Assembly (NCBI GenBank): GCA_050692175.1
Contig: JBOGTG010000103.1
Location: 1,363-65,362, forward strand
DNA from: Candidatus Limnocylindria bacterium
GTDB lineage: Bacteria; Chloroflexota; Limnocylindria; P2-11E
Length of the DNA: 64,000 nt
Direction: 5' to 3'
Of this stretch, positions 47,041-55,666 are shown piece by piece. The position numbers and the translations under genes were made by a program. The stretch's first letter is position 1, and the number at the start of each line of letters is the position of its first letter. Below the pieces are notes generated by a model. That model was not told the DNA's origin and searched no databases. It saw only the letters and a list, made by a program, of their open reading frames with translations.

Positions 47041-48647
47041 CGCTCTCCGGGAGCCTCGCCGCACTCGACGACGCGGTCGACGCAGCGGGAACGCTCGGCC
47101 TCGACACCGTTCGCGCCCGGCGCGTCCTCGGCGACGCGCGCCAGCGACTCGGCTTCGAAGGATCCGCATACGTGCTCGCTCTGGTCGGCGGCACCGGAGT
47201 CGGCAAGTCGAGTCTCCTGAACGCTCTCGCCGGGGGCGTCGTGAGTCCCGCGAGCGCCCGGCGTCCTACGACCGACATGCCCGTCGCCTGGGTCGCGGAG
47301 AGCGCGCGAGAGGAGACCGCACCGCTCCTACGGTGGCTCGGCGTACGCGAAGTGCGGGATCACAGGAACGTCGCGTTTGCCGACGTCGCGATCCTGGACC
47401 TTCCCGACGTCGACTCGACCACGCCCGAGCATCGCGCGCGCGTCGACGAGCTGCTTCCCCGCGTCGATGCGGTGGTGTGGGTCGCAGATCCCGAGAAATA
47501 CCGCGACGCGGTGCTCCACGACGACTACCTACGGCACTGGGTGCCGCGCCTCGCCCGTCAGATCGTCGTGTTGAACAAGGCGGACCGCATCGGCCCCGAC
47601 GCCGAACGTGTGCGCGACCACCTTGCCGCCAGCCTTCGCGCGGAGGGGATCGAGAACGTGAAGGTCGCGGTCACGAGCGCAGCCAGCGGCGGCGACGCGC
47701 GCGAGCTGCGCGACTGGATCATCGATGGCGCCGACGCGAAGCGCGTCATGACCGAACGGATCGCGGCTGAGCTCCACGAGGCCGCGCTCGATCTGGCGAC
47801 GCGCGCCGGCGTCGTTACTGACGCGGAGCCGCTCATCACCGCTGAACGGCGGGCGCGCGCGCTGGCCGATGTGACACGGGAAGCCGCGAGCATCGTAGAT
47901 CTCGCCGGGCTCGAGCGTCAGGCGGTCGCCGCGACGCGGCTTGCGGCTCGTCCACGCGGCGCGGGTCCGTTCGGGCCCGTCACCGCATTCCTCTATCGCG
48001 CGACAGGCCGCGACCGGGTGGTCGCTGATCCGGAAGGGTATCTGCGAAGGTGGCGCGAGCGCGGCAGCCTCGCCCGGCCGGCCGAACCGATCCGGATCCT
48101 CGTCGAGGACCTCCTGCCCCGCGTCCCACCAGAGATTCGAGGCGCGATCGCGTCGCTCATCGATGCCGAAGCCCTCCGGGCGCGGCTCGCCGGCGCCATC
48201 GATGCCGCCGTCGCGACCCGCACAGCCGACGTTCGTGCGCCAACGAGCTTCGTGTGGTCCGTCATCGGCGCGCTTCAGTACGTCGTGACGGCGGGCCTGG
48301 TCTTCACGGGACTCTGGGTCGCGGCCGTCTTCTTCCTTCATGCACCTTTCGCGAGCGTCGATGTGCCGATCCTCGGGCCAATCCCAATTCCGCTCGTCGT
48401 TCTCGCAGGGCTCCTGCTCGCCGGCTATCTGCTGGCGCGTCTTCTCGGCACGCATGCCGGCATGCTCGGGAGACGATGGGCCCGCCGCTTGCGCGGCGAT
48501 CTCATGCGCGAGCTCGAGACGCGACTTGGTGATGTGTTATTCGCGCGAATCGACACCATCGACGCTGCGCGCGCGCGGATCGCGCGTGCGCGCTCGACGA
48601 TCGAGACGCTCGGGCATCCGGGTCTCGCCACTTCGTCTTCCTCGTGA
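47037..48647 (+). CDS. Dynamin-like/large membrane-associated GTPase, subunit 2 (two C-terminal TM segments)
   Basis: GGTGVGKSS, LDLPDVDS and VLNKAD motifs. Two C-terminal TM helices. The GTG start overlaps the upstream stop (GTGA). Confidence 0.78.
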   Translation: MTLSGSLAALDDAVDAAGTLGLDTVRARRVLGDARQRLGFEGSAYVLALVGGTGVGKSSLLNALAGGVVSPASARRPTTDMPVAWVAESAREETAPLLRWLGVREVRDHRNVAFADVAILDLPDVDSTTPEHRARVDELLPRVDAVVWVADPEKYRDAVLHDDYLRHWVPRLARQIVVLNKADRIGPDAERVRDHLAASLRAEGIENVKVAVTSAASGGDARELRDWIIDGADAKRVMTERIAAELHEAALDLATRAGVVTDAEPLITAERRARALADVTREAASIVDLAGLERQAVAATRLAARPRGAGPFGPVTAFLYRATGRDRVVADPEGYLRRWRERGSLARPAEPIRILVEDLLPRVPPEIRGAIASLIDAEALRARLAGAIDAAVATRTADVRAPTSFVWSVIGALQYVVTAGLVFTGLWVAAVFFLHAPFASVDVPILGPIPIPLVVLAGLLLAGYLLARLLGTHAGMLGRRWARRLRGDLMRELETRLGDVLFARIDTIDAARARIARARSTIETLGHPGLATSSSS

Positions 48648-48768
48648 CGAAGGCAAACCGGCGTGCGCGCTCCTTCTATAAGCGCCATCGCTACTCGCAC
48701 GTCGGCGATCTCCCCGGATTCGCGCGCCCGTGGATCGCCGAGACGCTCTACCTGAAGAGCTGGCGTAC

Positions 48769-49923
48769 CTAGTTACGCGAGCCCACCGGGCGCGTCGACG
48801 CGACATGCAGCCCGGTCAACACGACCGCCATCGCGACCAGGCACGGACCTAGTACGGCGACATCGATCCATTGCATGAGCACACCGACAGCTGCGGGAAG
48901 CGTCGCTCCGCCGATCATTCCGGCCGCCACTTGGTAGCCGATCGCCCGTGGCGCCGCCGCGCTCCCGATGCGGCGGGGCGTGAGATAAAGAAGGACCGGT
49001 ACGAAAACCGACAGCGCAGCGCCGAGCAACGGGAGCGCGACCAGGGCGGCGAGCGGTGGAGGCAAAACCCAGAAGCCAAGGGCGCTCGCGAGGGTGCCGA
49101 AGACGCTCAGGTCGAACAGGTGTGGCGTCGGAACGCGATCGCCGTATGCGGCTAGCGCCACGCGGCCGGCGGCAAGAGCCGACCAAAAGAGAAAGACGGC
49201 GAGTCCGGCGAGGCCGACGCCGAGCGAGCCGTCCACGGTGAAGCGGGTGTACGTCCACTGCCCCGCCCCAAGCTCGACCCCGACGTACACGAACATCAGC
49301 GCGCACCCGAGGATCACCGTCCGGCCGATGCTTCGCTCTCCCGTCGCGTCGGCCTCGAGCTCGGGTGCGGCGCTGAGATCCGAGCGGACCGCGTACGTGG
49401 CCACGCCGAGCAATGCGAACGCTGCGGCAGCCACGAAATACGTGGGGCGCCACGAGTCGCTTACAACAAGCGTGGCTCCTACGAGTGGAGGACCGAGAGA
49501 TGCTCCGATTGCCCACGCCCCGTGCAGCGCACCCATGAAGCGGATGTCGCCGCGAAGAGCGGCCTCGGTATTTGCCGCGGCGTCCAGCAACCCGAGGCCG
49601 CAGCCGAGGACGGCGGAGGCGAGGATCGTCGCCCACCAGCCGCTTGCGATCGCGAAGATGGCGAGACCTCCAGCGGCCGCGCCGACGGACGCCAGGAGGA
49701 GCGCGATCGTCCCGAGACGCTCGCGCAGGAGGCCGCTGGCGGCGCTGGCCGCGAACTGCGCGACCGTCATCGCGGCGACGAGCAGGCCGAGTCCCGCGAA
49801 AGGCGCATCGAGCGACGCGCGCATCGAGGGCCAGGCGATGCCAAGCATTCCCGTCGGCAGTCCCAGGAACACGAGGCCGATGAACGCGATCGCCGCGGCA
49901 CGCCGACGAACGCGCACGTTCAA
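48769..49923 (-). CDS. MFS transporter
   Basis: 384 aa with about 12 hydrophobic segments. Confidence 0.8.
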   Translation of the reverse strand: MNVRVRRRAAAIAFIGLVFLGLPTGMLGIAWPSMRASLDAPFAGLGLLVAAMTVAQFAASAASGLLRERLGTIALLLASVGAAAGGLAIFAIASGWWATILASAVLGCGLGLLDAAANTEAALRGDIRFMGALHGAWAIGASLGPPLVGATLVVSDSWRPTYFVAAAAFALLGVATYAVRSDLSAAPELEADATGERSIGRTVILGCALMFVYVGVELGAGQWTYTRFTVDGSLGVGLAGLAVFLFWSALAAGRVALAAYGDRVPTPHLFDLSVFGTLASALGFWVLPPPLAALVALPLLGAALSVFVPVLLYLTPRRIGSAAAPRAIGYQVAAGMIGGATLPAAVGVLMQWIDVAVLGPCLVAMAVVLTGLHVASTRPVGSRN

Positions 49924-49955
49924 GAGGCTACGAGAATCGGCTGGCGTGCGAGGAT

Positions 49956-50204
49956 TTGAGAATGTCGTTGCTTCGCCGCCTCGCTCTCTTCGCCGTCATC
50001 TCGATCTTCACGCTCGGGCTCGGTCTACTGACGCTGTTCGATGGAATCGAGATGCTCCTGGCGTCAGCGGGCTACGCGGGGAACGATCGGACCGCGCTGC
50101 TCGGGCTCGGAGCGCTCACGACGGCGGGCGCGCTCGTGCCTATCGCACTCTGGGCACTTGCTGGATGGGCGATTTTCGTCAGGCGTCAGCGCTGGGAGTG
50201 GTGA
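49956..50204 (+). CDS. Small membrane protein (3 TM)
   Basis: 82 aa and hydrophobic. No homology recognised. Confidence 0.4.
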   Translation: MRMSLLRRLALFAVISIFTLGLGLLTLFDGIEMLLASAGYAGNDRTALLGLGALTTAGALVPIALWALAGWAIFVRRQRWEW

Positions 50205-50205
50205 G

Positions 50206-52362
50206 TCACTGGCTCGGGATCGTCCAGTCGACGGGCACGATGTGGATCCAGGTCTGGCCCGGCGACAGGCGCACGGCTTCCCCGTTCAAGTTCCGGAGGG
50301 TGAATACGTCGAAGATGTCGGGGCGCGTCCAGATCACGTCCTGGCGCTTCCCGTCGCGGAACACCGAGCCGACGCCGGTCCCGATGAGGGTCATGTCCAG
50401 CTTGGGGTTGCCGGCCGGATCGAGTCCGAATTCCGTCGTGAAGTGGACCTGTGTCTGGATGACGACGATGTTCCTGGCGGCGACGACTTCGCGCGTCGCG
50501 CCGTCGACCTCGCGAACGCCGGCCTGGAAGCGGGCGTAGCTGCGCGAGGCCGGGTCGTACCGATAACCGACCTCGAACCCCGCGCGGTATGGGACCGTGA
50601 TCCCGGTCGCGTCGATGCTCCCGGTCATACCGCCCGCGAGGGGATCTGTCGCCGTGGGCGGCAGGAAGTCCCACGAAGGGATGCTCACCGGCTGATCGCC
50701 GTCCGGCGCCGCAGCCAGGGAATCGCGCACGTTCCCGTACGTCGTGAAGTAGTTGTAGGGCCCGGGACGGAACCCGACCCGATAGCCCCAGCCGTACGAG
50801 GGCGCGAGATCGATGTACCGATATGTGACGAACGCGTCGTAGTGGATGCGCATGAGCTCCTCGGGGCCGCCACCTGAATAGACGAACGCGCCAGCGAGGC
50901 TCGGGATGATCGGCGCGTCGGTCATGCGCGCGCTCCGCACTGACCCAATGACGTCCGGGTCTTTGGATTGGTAGACCGCGGCGAGGCGCGTGGTGAGCCC
51001 TTCGACAAGCCACTCGTACACCTGATCGGCTTGCGCGATCCCGTAATGGGGGCGGGCCGTCGGGTTGTTGTCGATCTTCACGTAAAGCGGTCGCTTCGAG
51101 GCCGATCCCCCGGCGAGCGGCATCCCAGTGAGCGGCCACCGCGGGCACACGGTCGCCTCGGATGTGGACGTCACCCTGAACGCGCCGCCCATGTTGCGTA
51201 GGACGTTGCTATGCACCTGGACGCCGTCGGCCGGGGCGATTGCATCCGCGTCGATCTTGCGGTCGCCGTTCCAGTCGCCTAGGAGTACCGCGGTGGCACC
51301 GGCGCACGCCGAGCCCGCGGGCAGCGTGGCCCAGCCCGCGAAACCGTTGGCCGGCCGGAAGGAGCTGCTGGAGTCGAACACCTGCACGTTCGCGCTGCCG
51401 TCGGCGTCGCCGTACACCGCGACGAGGTCGTCCTTCGAATCGCCCGTCACGTCTGCGGCGCCGATCGATGCTCGGCCGAGGTCGTACTCGCCCTCGTTCG
51501 TTTCGTACATGTTGTTCGTGAGGACGAGGCCACTCGGGGCTGGATCGAACAGGAGCAGCCGCGCCCTCGCTTTGGGCGCCTGGTACAGCGCGGCGAGCTG
51601 GTCAGCGCCGCTCGTGCGCGTGAACCGACCGACGGCGAAGCGCGCGAGCGAAAGGTCGAACTGCGCGGTGCCCGAGTCGTACGCGCCCTGAGTGCCGCCG
51701 AATGTGAAGGCCGACCCTGTCGACTCGAAATAGTGGATGCGCATCTGGAGACCGTCGTACTGGTACGCAACGAGAACGGCGGTGCGACTGTTTCCGGAGA
51801 AACTCCCTGCGAGGACGGCTCGCGCACGACTCCACGTGTAGCCCTCGCTGCCCCACCACTTCTCGGGCGAGCTGAAGCTGGACCCAGTCGAACGGAAGAC
51901 GAGCAGCGCCGACCTGTTCTCGCTCTCGTCGTAGAGCGCCACGAGGTCGTCCTTCCCGTCAGCCGTGAGGTCGGCGATCGCGAACTTCGCGCGGTTCATC
52001 CGGAAAGTGTTCGCGCCGGTCGTGAGCCACACCGACTCCGAGAATGAGTCGCCGTCGGTGCTCGGCTCGCGCAGGGTGATGCGAAGACTCGCGTCGCCCG
52101 TCGGATCCCCGAGCAGCGCGATCTGCGATTTGCCGTTGCCTTTGAAGTCTCCGCTGGCCGCGAGGCCCGCGCCCACTGGGCTGACCGAGCGGGCGAATCT
52201 GGGTGGCGGGAGTGGTGTCGGCGTCGGCGAGGGAGACGCCTGCGCCTGTTCGGTGGGCGTCGACGTGGGCGGGGTCGACGCGGTGCAGGCGATGAGGGCT
52301 ACGGTCGCGAGTGCGAGCGCTCGCGCAGTGCCGGCTGGACGATGAAGCAACCCGCTTCGCAT
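50206..52362 (-). CDS. Lipoprotein with N-terminal FG-GAP/VCBS-like repeats and a C-terminal DUF3048 domain
   Basis: Lipobox LIACTAS. Repeats of the form ..DLTADGKDDLVALY.., ..DVTGDSKDDLVAVY.., ..GDWNGDRKID... The C-terminus PLTG..RPLYVKIDNNPTARPHYGIAQADQVYEWLVEGLTTRLAAVY..SVRSAR is typical of DUF3048. The start is set at ATG 52362. Confidence 0.75.
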   Translation of the reverse strand: MRSGLLHRPAGTARALALATVALIACTASTPPTSTPTEQAQASPSPTPTPLPPPRFARSVSPVGAGLAASGDFKGNGKSQIALLGDPTGDASLRITLREPSTDGDSFSESVWLTTGANTFRMNRAKFAIADLTADGKDDLVALYDESENRSALLVFRSTGSSFSSPEKWWGSEGYTWSRARAVLAGSFSGNSRTAVLVAYQYDGLQMRIHYFESTGSAFTFGGTQGAYDSGTAQFDLSLARFAVGRFTRTSGADQLAALYQAPKARARLLLFDPAPSGLVLTNNMYETNEGEYDLGRASIGAADVTGDSKDDLVAVYGDADGSANVQVFDSSSSFRPANGFAGWATLPAGSACAGATAVLLGDWNGDRKIDADAIAPADGVQVHSNVLRNMGGAFRVTSTSEATVCPRWPLTGMPLAGGSASKRPLYVKIDNNPTARPHYGIAQADQVYEWLVEGLTTRLAAVYQSKDPDVIGSVRSARMTDAPIIPSLAGAFVYSGGGPEELMRIHYDAFVTYRYIDLAPSYGWGYRVGFRPGPYNYFTTYGNVRDSLAAAPDGDQPVSIPSWDFLPPTATDPLAGGMTGSIDATGITVPYRAGFEVGYRYDPASRSYARFQAGVREVDGATREVVAARNIVVIQTQVHFTTEFGLDPAGNPKLDMTLIGTGVGSVFRDGKRQDVIWTRPDIFDVFTLRNLNGEAVRLSPGQTWIHIVPVDWTIPSQ

Positions 52363-52439
52363 GATGCGGCACGGCGCACGCTCTGTGCCAGCAGACTTGT
52401 GACCAACGGCGAACTCGCCCGCCGGTCGAACAACCAGTT

Positions 52440-52742
52440 CTAGGAAGTCGTGCGCTTCGGTACGAATCGCACCGCGGTCTGTAGACCGCGAGGGTGCTCC
52501 TCCAAACGGACGTGCTGGTAGTTGTGAACGGCGACCTCGTGCTGTGTGCGCAGGAGGCTCGCGGCTGTCAATGCCGGCATCGAGCCCTGGATGCTCACGA
52601 CGAAACACTCACGGCATCCGACGAACCGGCAGGGGAATCCACCTGATCTCACGCGGCCCGCCCTTTCTGGCCGACAAGCGGCCCGCGTCGACATCAAGCG
52701 TACAGCGAAATTGGAGCAATGCGAGTAGCAGATGCGGGCCAC
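52440..52742 (-). CDS. Small C-X4-C-X24-H-X4-H zinc-finger-like protein (paralog B)
   Basis: GGFPCRFVGCRECF..ASLLRTQHEVAVHNYQHV. The start is either 52742 or ATG 52694. It lies 77 nt upstream of the lipoprotein gene. Confidence 0.5.
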   Translation of the reverse strand: MARICYSHCSNFAVRLMSTRAACRPERAGRVRSGGFPCRFVGCRECFVVSIQGSMPALTAASLLRTQHEVAVHNYQHVRLEEHPRGLQTAVRFVPKRTTS

Positions 52743-52800
52743 GCGCTATCGGTATGAGATGATTACGTGAACAAATCGGGGCCCCAGAAGAGATGTGTGC

Positions 52801-52828
52801 CGGGCCGCAATACGCGGCCCGCTTTTTT
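52801..52828 (+). terminator. Canonical intrinsic-terminator-like hairpin plus T6 in the helicase leader
   Basis: CGGGCCGC-AATAC-GCGGCCCG (8 bp, all G:C) is followed by C and TTTTTT (52823-52828). No + strand gene lies upstream within 2.5 kb. The SD (GGAAGGA) and TTG 52856 follow. Confidence 0.5.
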
Positions 52829-52855
52829 GTAGCCAGGGAAGGACCTCCGCTCTAC

Positions 52856-54064
52856 TTGATCACTCTTGCTCCAGACCTTGACCGTGCCACGCAAGACCTC
52901 GGTTGGACGAACCTCACGCCGATCCAGGACCTTGTGATTCCGCACCTTCGTGACGGGCGCGATCTCTTCGCGCAGGCGCAGACCGGCACCGGAAAGACGG
53001 GCGCCTTCGCGCTCCCGATCCTCGAGCGGATCGACGGCCGGCCCTCGGCACCATTCGCGCTCGTGATCGTGCCGACGCGGGAGCTCTGCGCGCAGGTCGC
53101 CGCCGAGTTCCAGGCGCTGGGGCGCCACCGCTCTGCCCGAGTCGTCGCGCTTTACGGCGGCGTTGGCTACCGCGATCAGGAGGTTGCGCTGCGCCGTGGC
53201 GCTCACGTCGCTGTCGCAACGCCGGGTCGCTTGCTCGACCTCGTGGCGCGTCGAACCTGCAACCTCTCCAAGGTTCGAGTCCTGATCCTCGATGAGGCGG
53301 ATCGCCTCCTCGACCTCGGCTTCGCGCCCGACATCGCGAGGATCGTGGCGCTCGTGCCGGCCGCCCGCCAGACGGCGCTTTTCTCAGCGACGCTCACGGC
53401 GGACGTCAAAGCGATCGCGCAGCGTTACACGAAGAACCCCGCGACGGTCGCGGTGAAACCCGAGACGCCGACCGTGGATTCGATCGATCAGGCGTGGATC
53501 GAGGTACGCGAGGTTGACAAGGTCGGCGCTCTCCACGAGCTCCTCGGTCGGTCCGGCGTGGAGCGCACGCTCGTGTTCCGCAGGACGAAGTACGGCGCCG
53601 ACAAGCTCGTAAAGGCGCTCGACCGGCTCGGCCGGCCGGCCCGCGCTCTCCACGGGAACGTCGGTCAGCGCGAGCGCGAGCGCGTACTCGACGGGTTCCG
53701 CCGCGGGAAATTCCCGACGCTCGTAGCGACCAACCTCGCGGCGCGTGGCATCCACGTCGATGACATCGGTCACGTCGTGAACTACGACCTTCCCGAGAAC
53801 GCCGACACCTACGTCCACCGCGTCGGACGGACGGGACGAGCCGGCCGGCGCGGCATCGCGTACACCTTCGTGAACGAGACGCAGCGCAAGGACTTCGAAG
53901 ACATCCGCCGACTGGCCAAGGTGCCGTTCCGGCGGGAGCGGCTGACCCTTCCGGCGACGGCCGCGCTGAGGACCGCGAGCGCCGGATCGCCGACGGCGCC
54001 CGGCCGCCGAATGGCGCACACTCGACGGTGGGCATCAACCCGACGGGCAAGGGGGCAGATCTAG
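52856..54064 (+). CDS. DEAD-box ATP-dependent RNA helicase
   Basis: Q-motif context LTPIQ, AQTGTGKT, PTRELC, LDEAD, SAT, HGN..Q..R and HRVGRTGRAG. The start is uncertain: TTG 52856 is preferred over track ATG 52793, which would place the terminator hairpin inside the CDS. Confidence 0.88.
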   Translation: MITLAPDLDRATQDLGWTNLTPIQDLVIPHLRDGRDLFAQAQTGTGKTGAFALPILERIDGRPSAPFALVIVPTRELCAQVAAEFQALGRHRSARVVALYGGVGYRDQEVALRRGAHVAVATPGRLLDLVARRTCNLSKVRVLILDEADRLLDLGFAPDIARIVALVPAARQTALFSATLTADVKAIAQRYTKNPATVAVKPETPTVDSIDQAWIEVREVDKVGALHELLGRSGVERTLVFRRTKYGADKLVKALDRLGRPARALHGNVGQRERERVLDGFRRGKFPTLVATNLAARGIHVDDIGHVVNYDLPENADTYVHRVGRTGRAGRRGIAYTFVNETQRKDFEDIRRLAKVPFRRERLTLPATAALRTASAGSPTAPGRRMAHTRRWASTRRARGQI

Positions 54065-54283
54065 GTGGGACGAAAGAAGCGAGTCGGCTTCGCCGACCTA
54101 CAGGCGACCCACGCCGAGCTCGATCGGGGCGAGCTTCGCTGTCCGGAGTGCAAGCGGAGCGTGGCTGAGGCGGACGGTCTCAGGTTCGTTCCGGCGCTCG
54201 GGCAGACCGAGTCGTCGCTGGCGACGCTCAGCTGCCCGCGCTGCCGCACGATGATCAGCATTCGCTTCGTCGCCGCGCACTAG
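54065..54283 (+). CDS. Small four-Cys zinc-ribbon protein
   Basis: CPECK...CPRC. The GTG start lies immediately after the helicase TAG. Confidence 0.45.
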   Translation: MGRKKRVGFADLQATHAELDRGELRCPECKRSVAEADGLRFVPALGQTESSLATLSCPRCRTMISIRFVAAH

Positions 54284-54285
54284 CA

Positions 54286-54323
54286 GGGGCAGGGGCCCTG
54301 ATGGGGTAGGGGCCCCAGCGGGG
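54286..54323 (+). other. G-quadruplex-forming motif (five GGGG tracts)
   Basis: GGGGcaGGGGccctgatGGGGtaGGGGccccagcGGGG begins 3 nt after the zinc-ribbon stop and lies 50 nt upstream of the next start. Confidence 0.6.
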
Positions 54324-54372
54324 AACTCCCCCATTTGGACTATATGAAGGACCGCCCTGCCGTAGGAGCCTT

Positions 54373-55014
54373 ATGCCAGCACGCCCGGAGGCGAATGACA
54401 TGAGCTGGATGCCTGAACCCGAGCCGACACCGCTTCGCCTGCGTCTCGGTCCGCGATCCGAGACGGCGCTCCGTCCCGCCTTCGAAGACGCTCTGATCGA
54501 GAGCCCCCTCGACCCCGCCAACGACGACGGTCGGCCCACGGAGATCCCAGCGCCGACCGAGACCTCCGAGGCAAACGCTGTCGTCGCGGCTCCAACCGAG
54601 TCGAAGGATCCGCTGCGCGCGGCGGCGAGCGAAGAGCTCCAGCGCGCGGTCGAGCAGACCTCCGAACGCGTCGAGCGCTGGATGGCGGATCAGCGCCGCA
54701 GACTGGGCCTCGGGATCGATGCGATGGTTGCCTCACTCAAAGAACAGCGCGACATCGAGCTCGCGCGCATCGAGGAATGGAAGGTCGGAGAGCGTGAGCG
54801 CGCCGAGCGTCAGCTCGGCGCGGAAAAGGAAAGGTTCCACGCGCAGCTGCTGGAAGAGCTCGTCGAGTTCGAACATCAGCTGGGCGAGCGCCTTCGCGAA
54901 CAGGAAGAGCGTCTTGCCAAGTGGTGGGACGAGGCGGAGCAGCTCACGAAGCAGCGCTTCGCCGACTTCGGACTGTCGGCATCCTCGGAGGCGAGCGACT
55001 CCCCGAAGACCTAG
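54373..55014 (+). CDS. Hypothetical protein (disordered N-terminus, Glu/Arg-rich coiled-coil C-terminus)
   Basis: 213 aa. The C-terminal 110 aa are heptad-like (..EQRDIELARIEEWKVGERERAERQLGAEKERFHAQLLEELVEFEHQL..). Confidence 0.5.
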   Translation: MPARPEANDMSWMPEPEPTPLRLRLGPRSETALRPAFEDALIESPLDPANDDGRPTEIPAPTETSEANAVVAAPTESKDPLRAAASEELQRAVEQTSERVERWMADQRRRLGLGIDAMVASLKEQRDIELARIEEWKVGERERAERQLGAEKERFHAQLLEELVEFEHQLGERLREQEERLAKWWDEAEQLTKQRFADFGLSASSEASDSPKT

Positions 55015-55224
55015 CCAGAGCGCGCGGCGCGACTACCGTTCGGGATTCACCTGTCCGCACGCCACGGATGACGTCAGGGCGACGCGTGGCGGCTTGCTTG
55101 TCCCCTCCCCGGCCGAATGTCGCGTCACGCCAGTGCCTCATGGAGGAGACTGTCGCTGAACGATCGCGCGGCGTCCGCCGCCAGGCTGACGCCCCGCGAC
55201 GTGCCGCAGGGGCAGGAGGACACG

Positions 55225-55641
55225 ATGAACAACGATCAGATGGCAGAGCGCATCCGCGAGCTGTACGAGAACGGCGATATGGAGAAGTTCGCACAGGCGC
55301 AGCGCGAAATGGCGGCCGATGACATGGTCCAGGAGTGGCCGCAGTCCGGAGAGCGGATCCGGGGCCGCGCCAACATCGAGGCGGTCAACAAGAGCTATCC
55401 GACAAGCACAGGCACCACACCGAAGATGGAGCTACGGCGCATCCTGAAGCCGGGTGAGGCCTGGGTCATCGAAGGGACGATCGATTACGGCGACGGCATC
55501 CCGGTGAGTGCTGTGTCGATCATCGAGACCGGCGCTGACGGCAAGATCGTCAAGCAGACCGACTACTTCGCTAACCCCTTCGAGGCACCGGCCTGGCGCA
55601 GCGAGTGGGTCGAGCACATCGAGCCCGCCGGCGTCCGTTGA
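55225..55641 (+). CDS. SnoaL-like / NTF2-fold protein
   Basis: GGAGGA SD lies 5 nt upstream of ATG 55225. 138 aa. The pattern ..MVQEWPQSGERIRG..ILKPGEAWVIEGTIDYGDG... is family-like. Confidence 0.65.
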   Translation: MNNDQMAERIRELYENGDMEKFAQAQREMAADDMVQEWPQSGERIRGRANIEAVNKSYPTSTGTTPKMELRRILKPGEAWVIEGTIDYGDGIPVSAVSIIETGADGKIVKQTDYFANPFEAPAWRSEWVEHIEPAGVR

Positions 55642-55666
55642 ATAGCTGAGCGGAACACGGGGGGCC

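Noticed and set aside
52793-52855. Track start (ATG 52793) for the DEAD-box helicase
   Set aside because: It would encode MCAGPQYAARFFVAREGPPLY across the terminator hairpin and the SD-like GGAAGGA. The conserved helicase N-terminal element begins at LITLAPDL.., so TTG 52856 is preferred. The start remains uncertain.
55060-55100. Inverted repeat CGCCACG-N-CGTGGCG containing TGACGTCA, downstream of the coiled-coil gene
   Set aside because: It is a 7-bp stem with a long loop and no T-tract. It is plausibly a weak terminator, but not distinctive enough to call.
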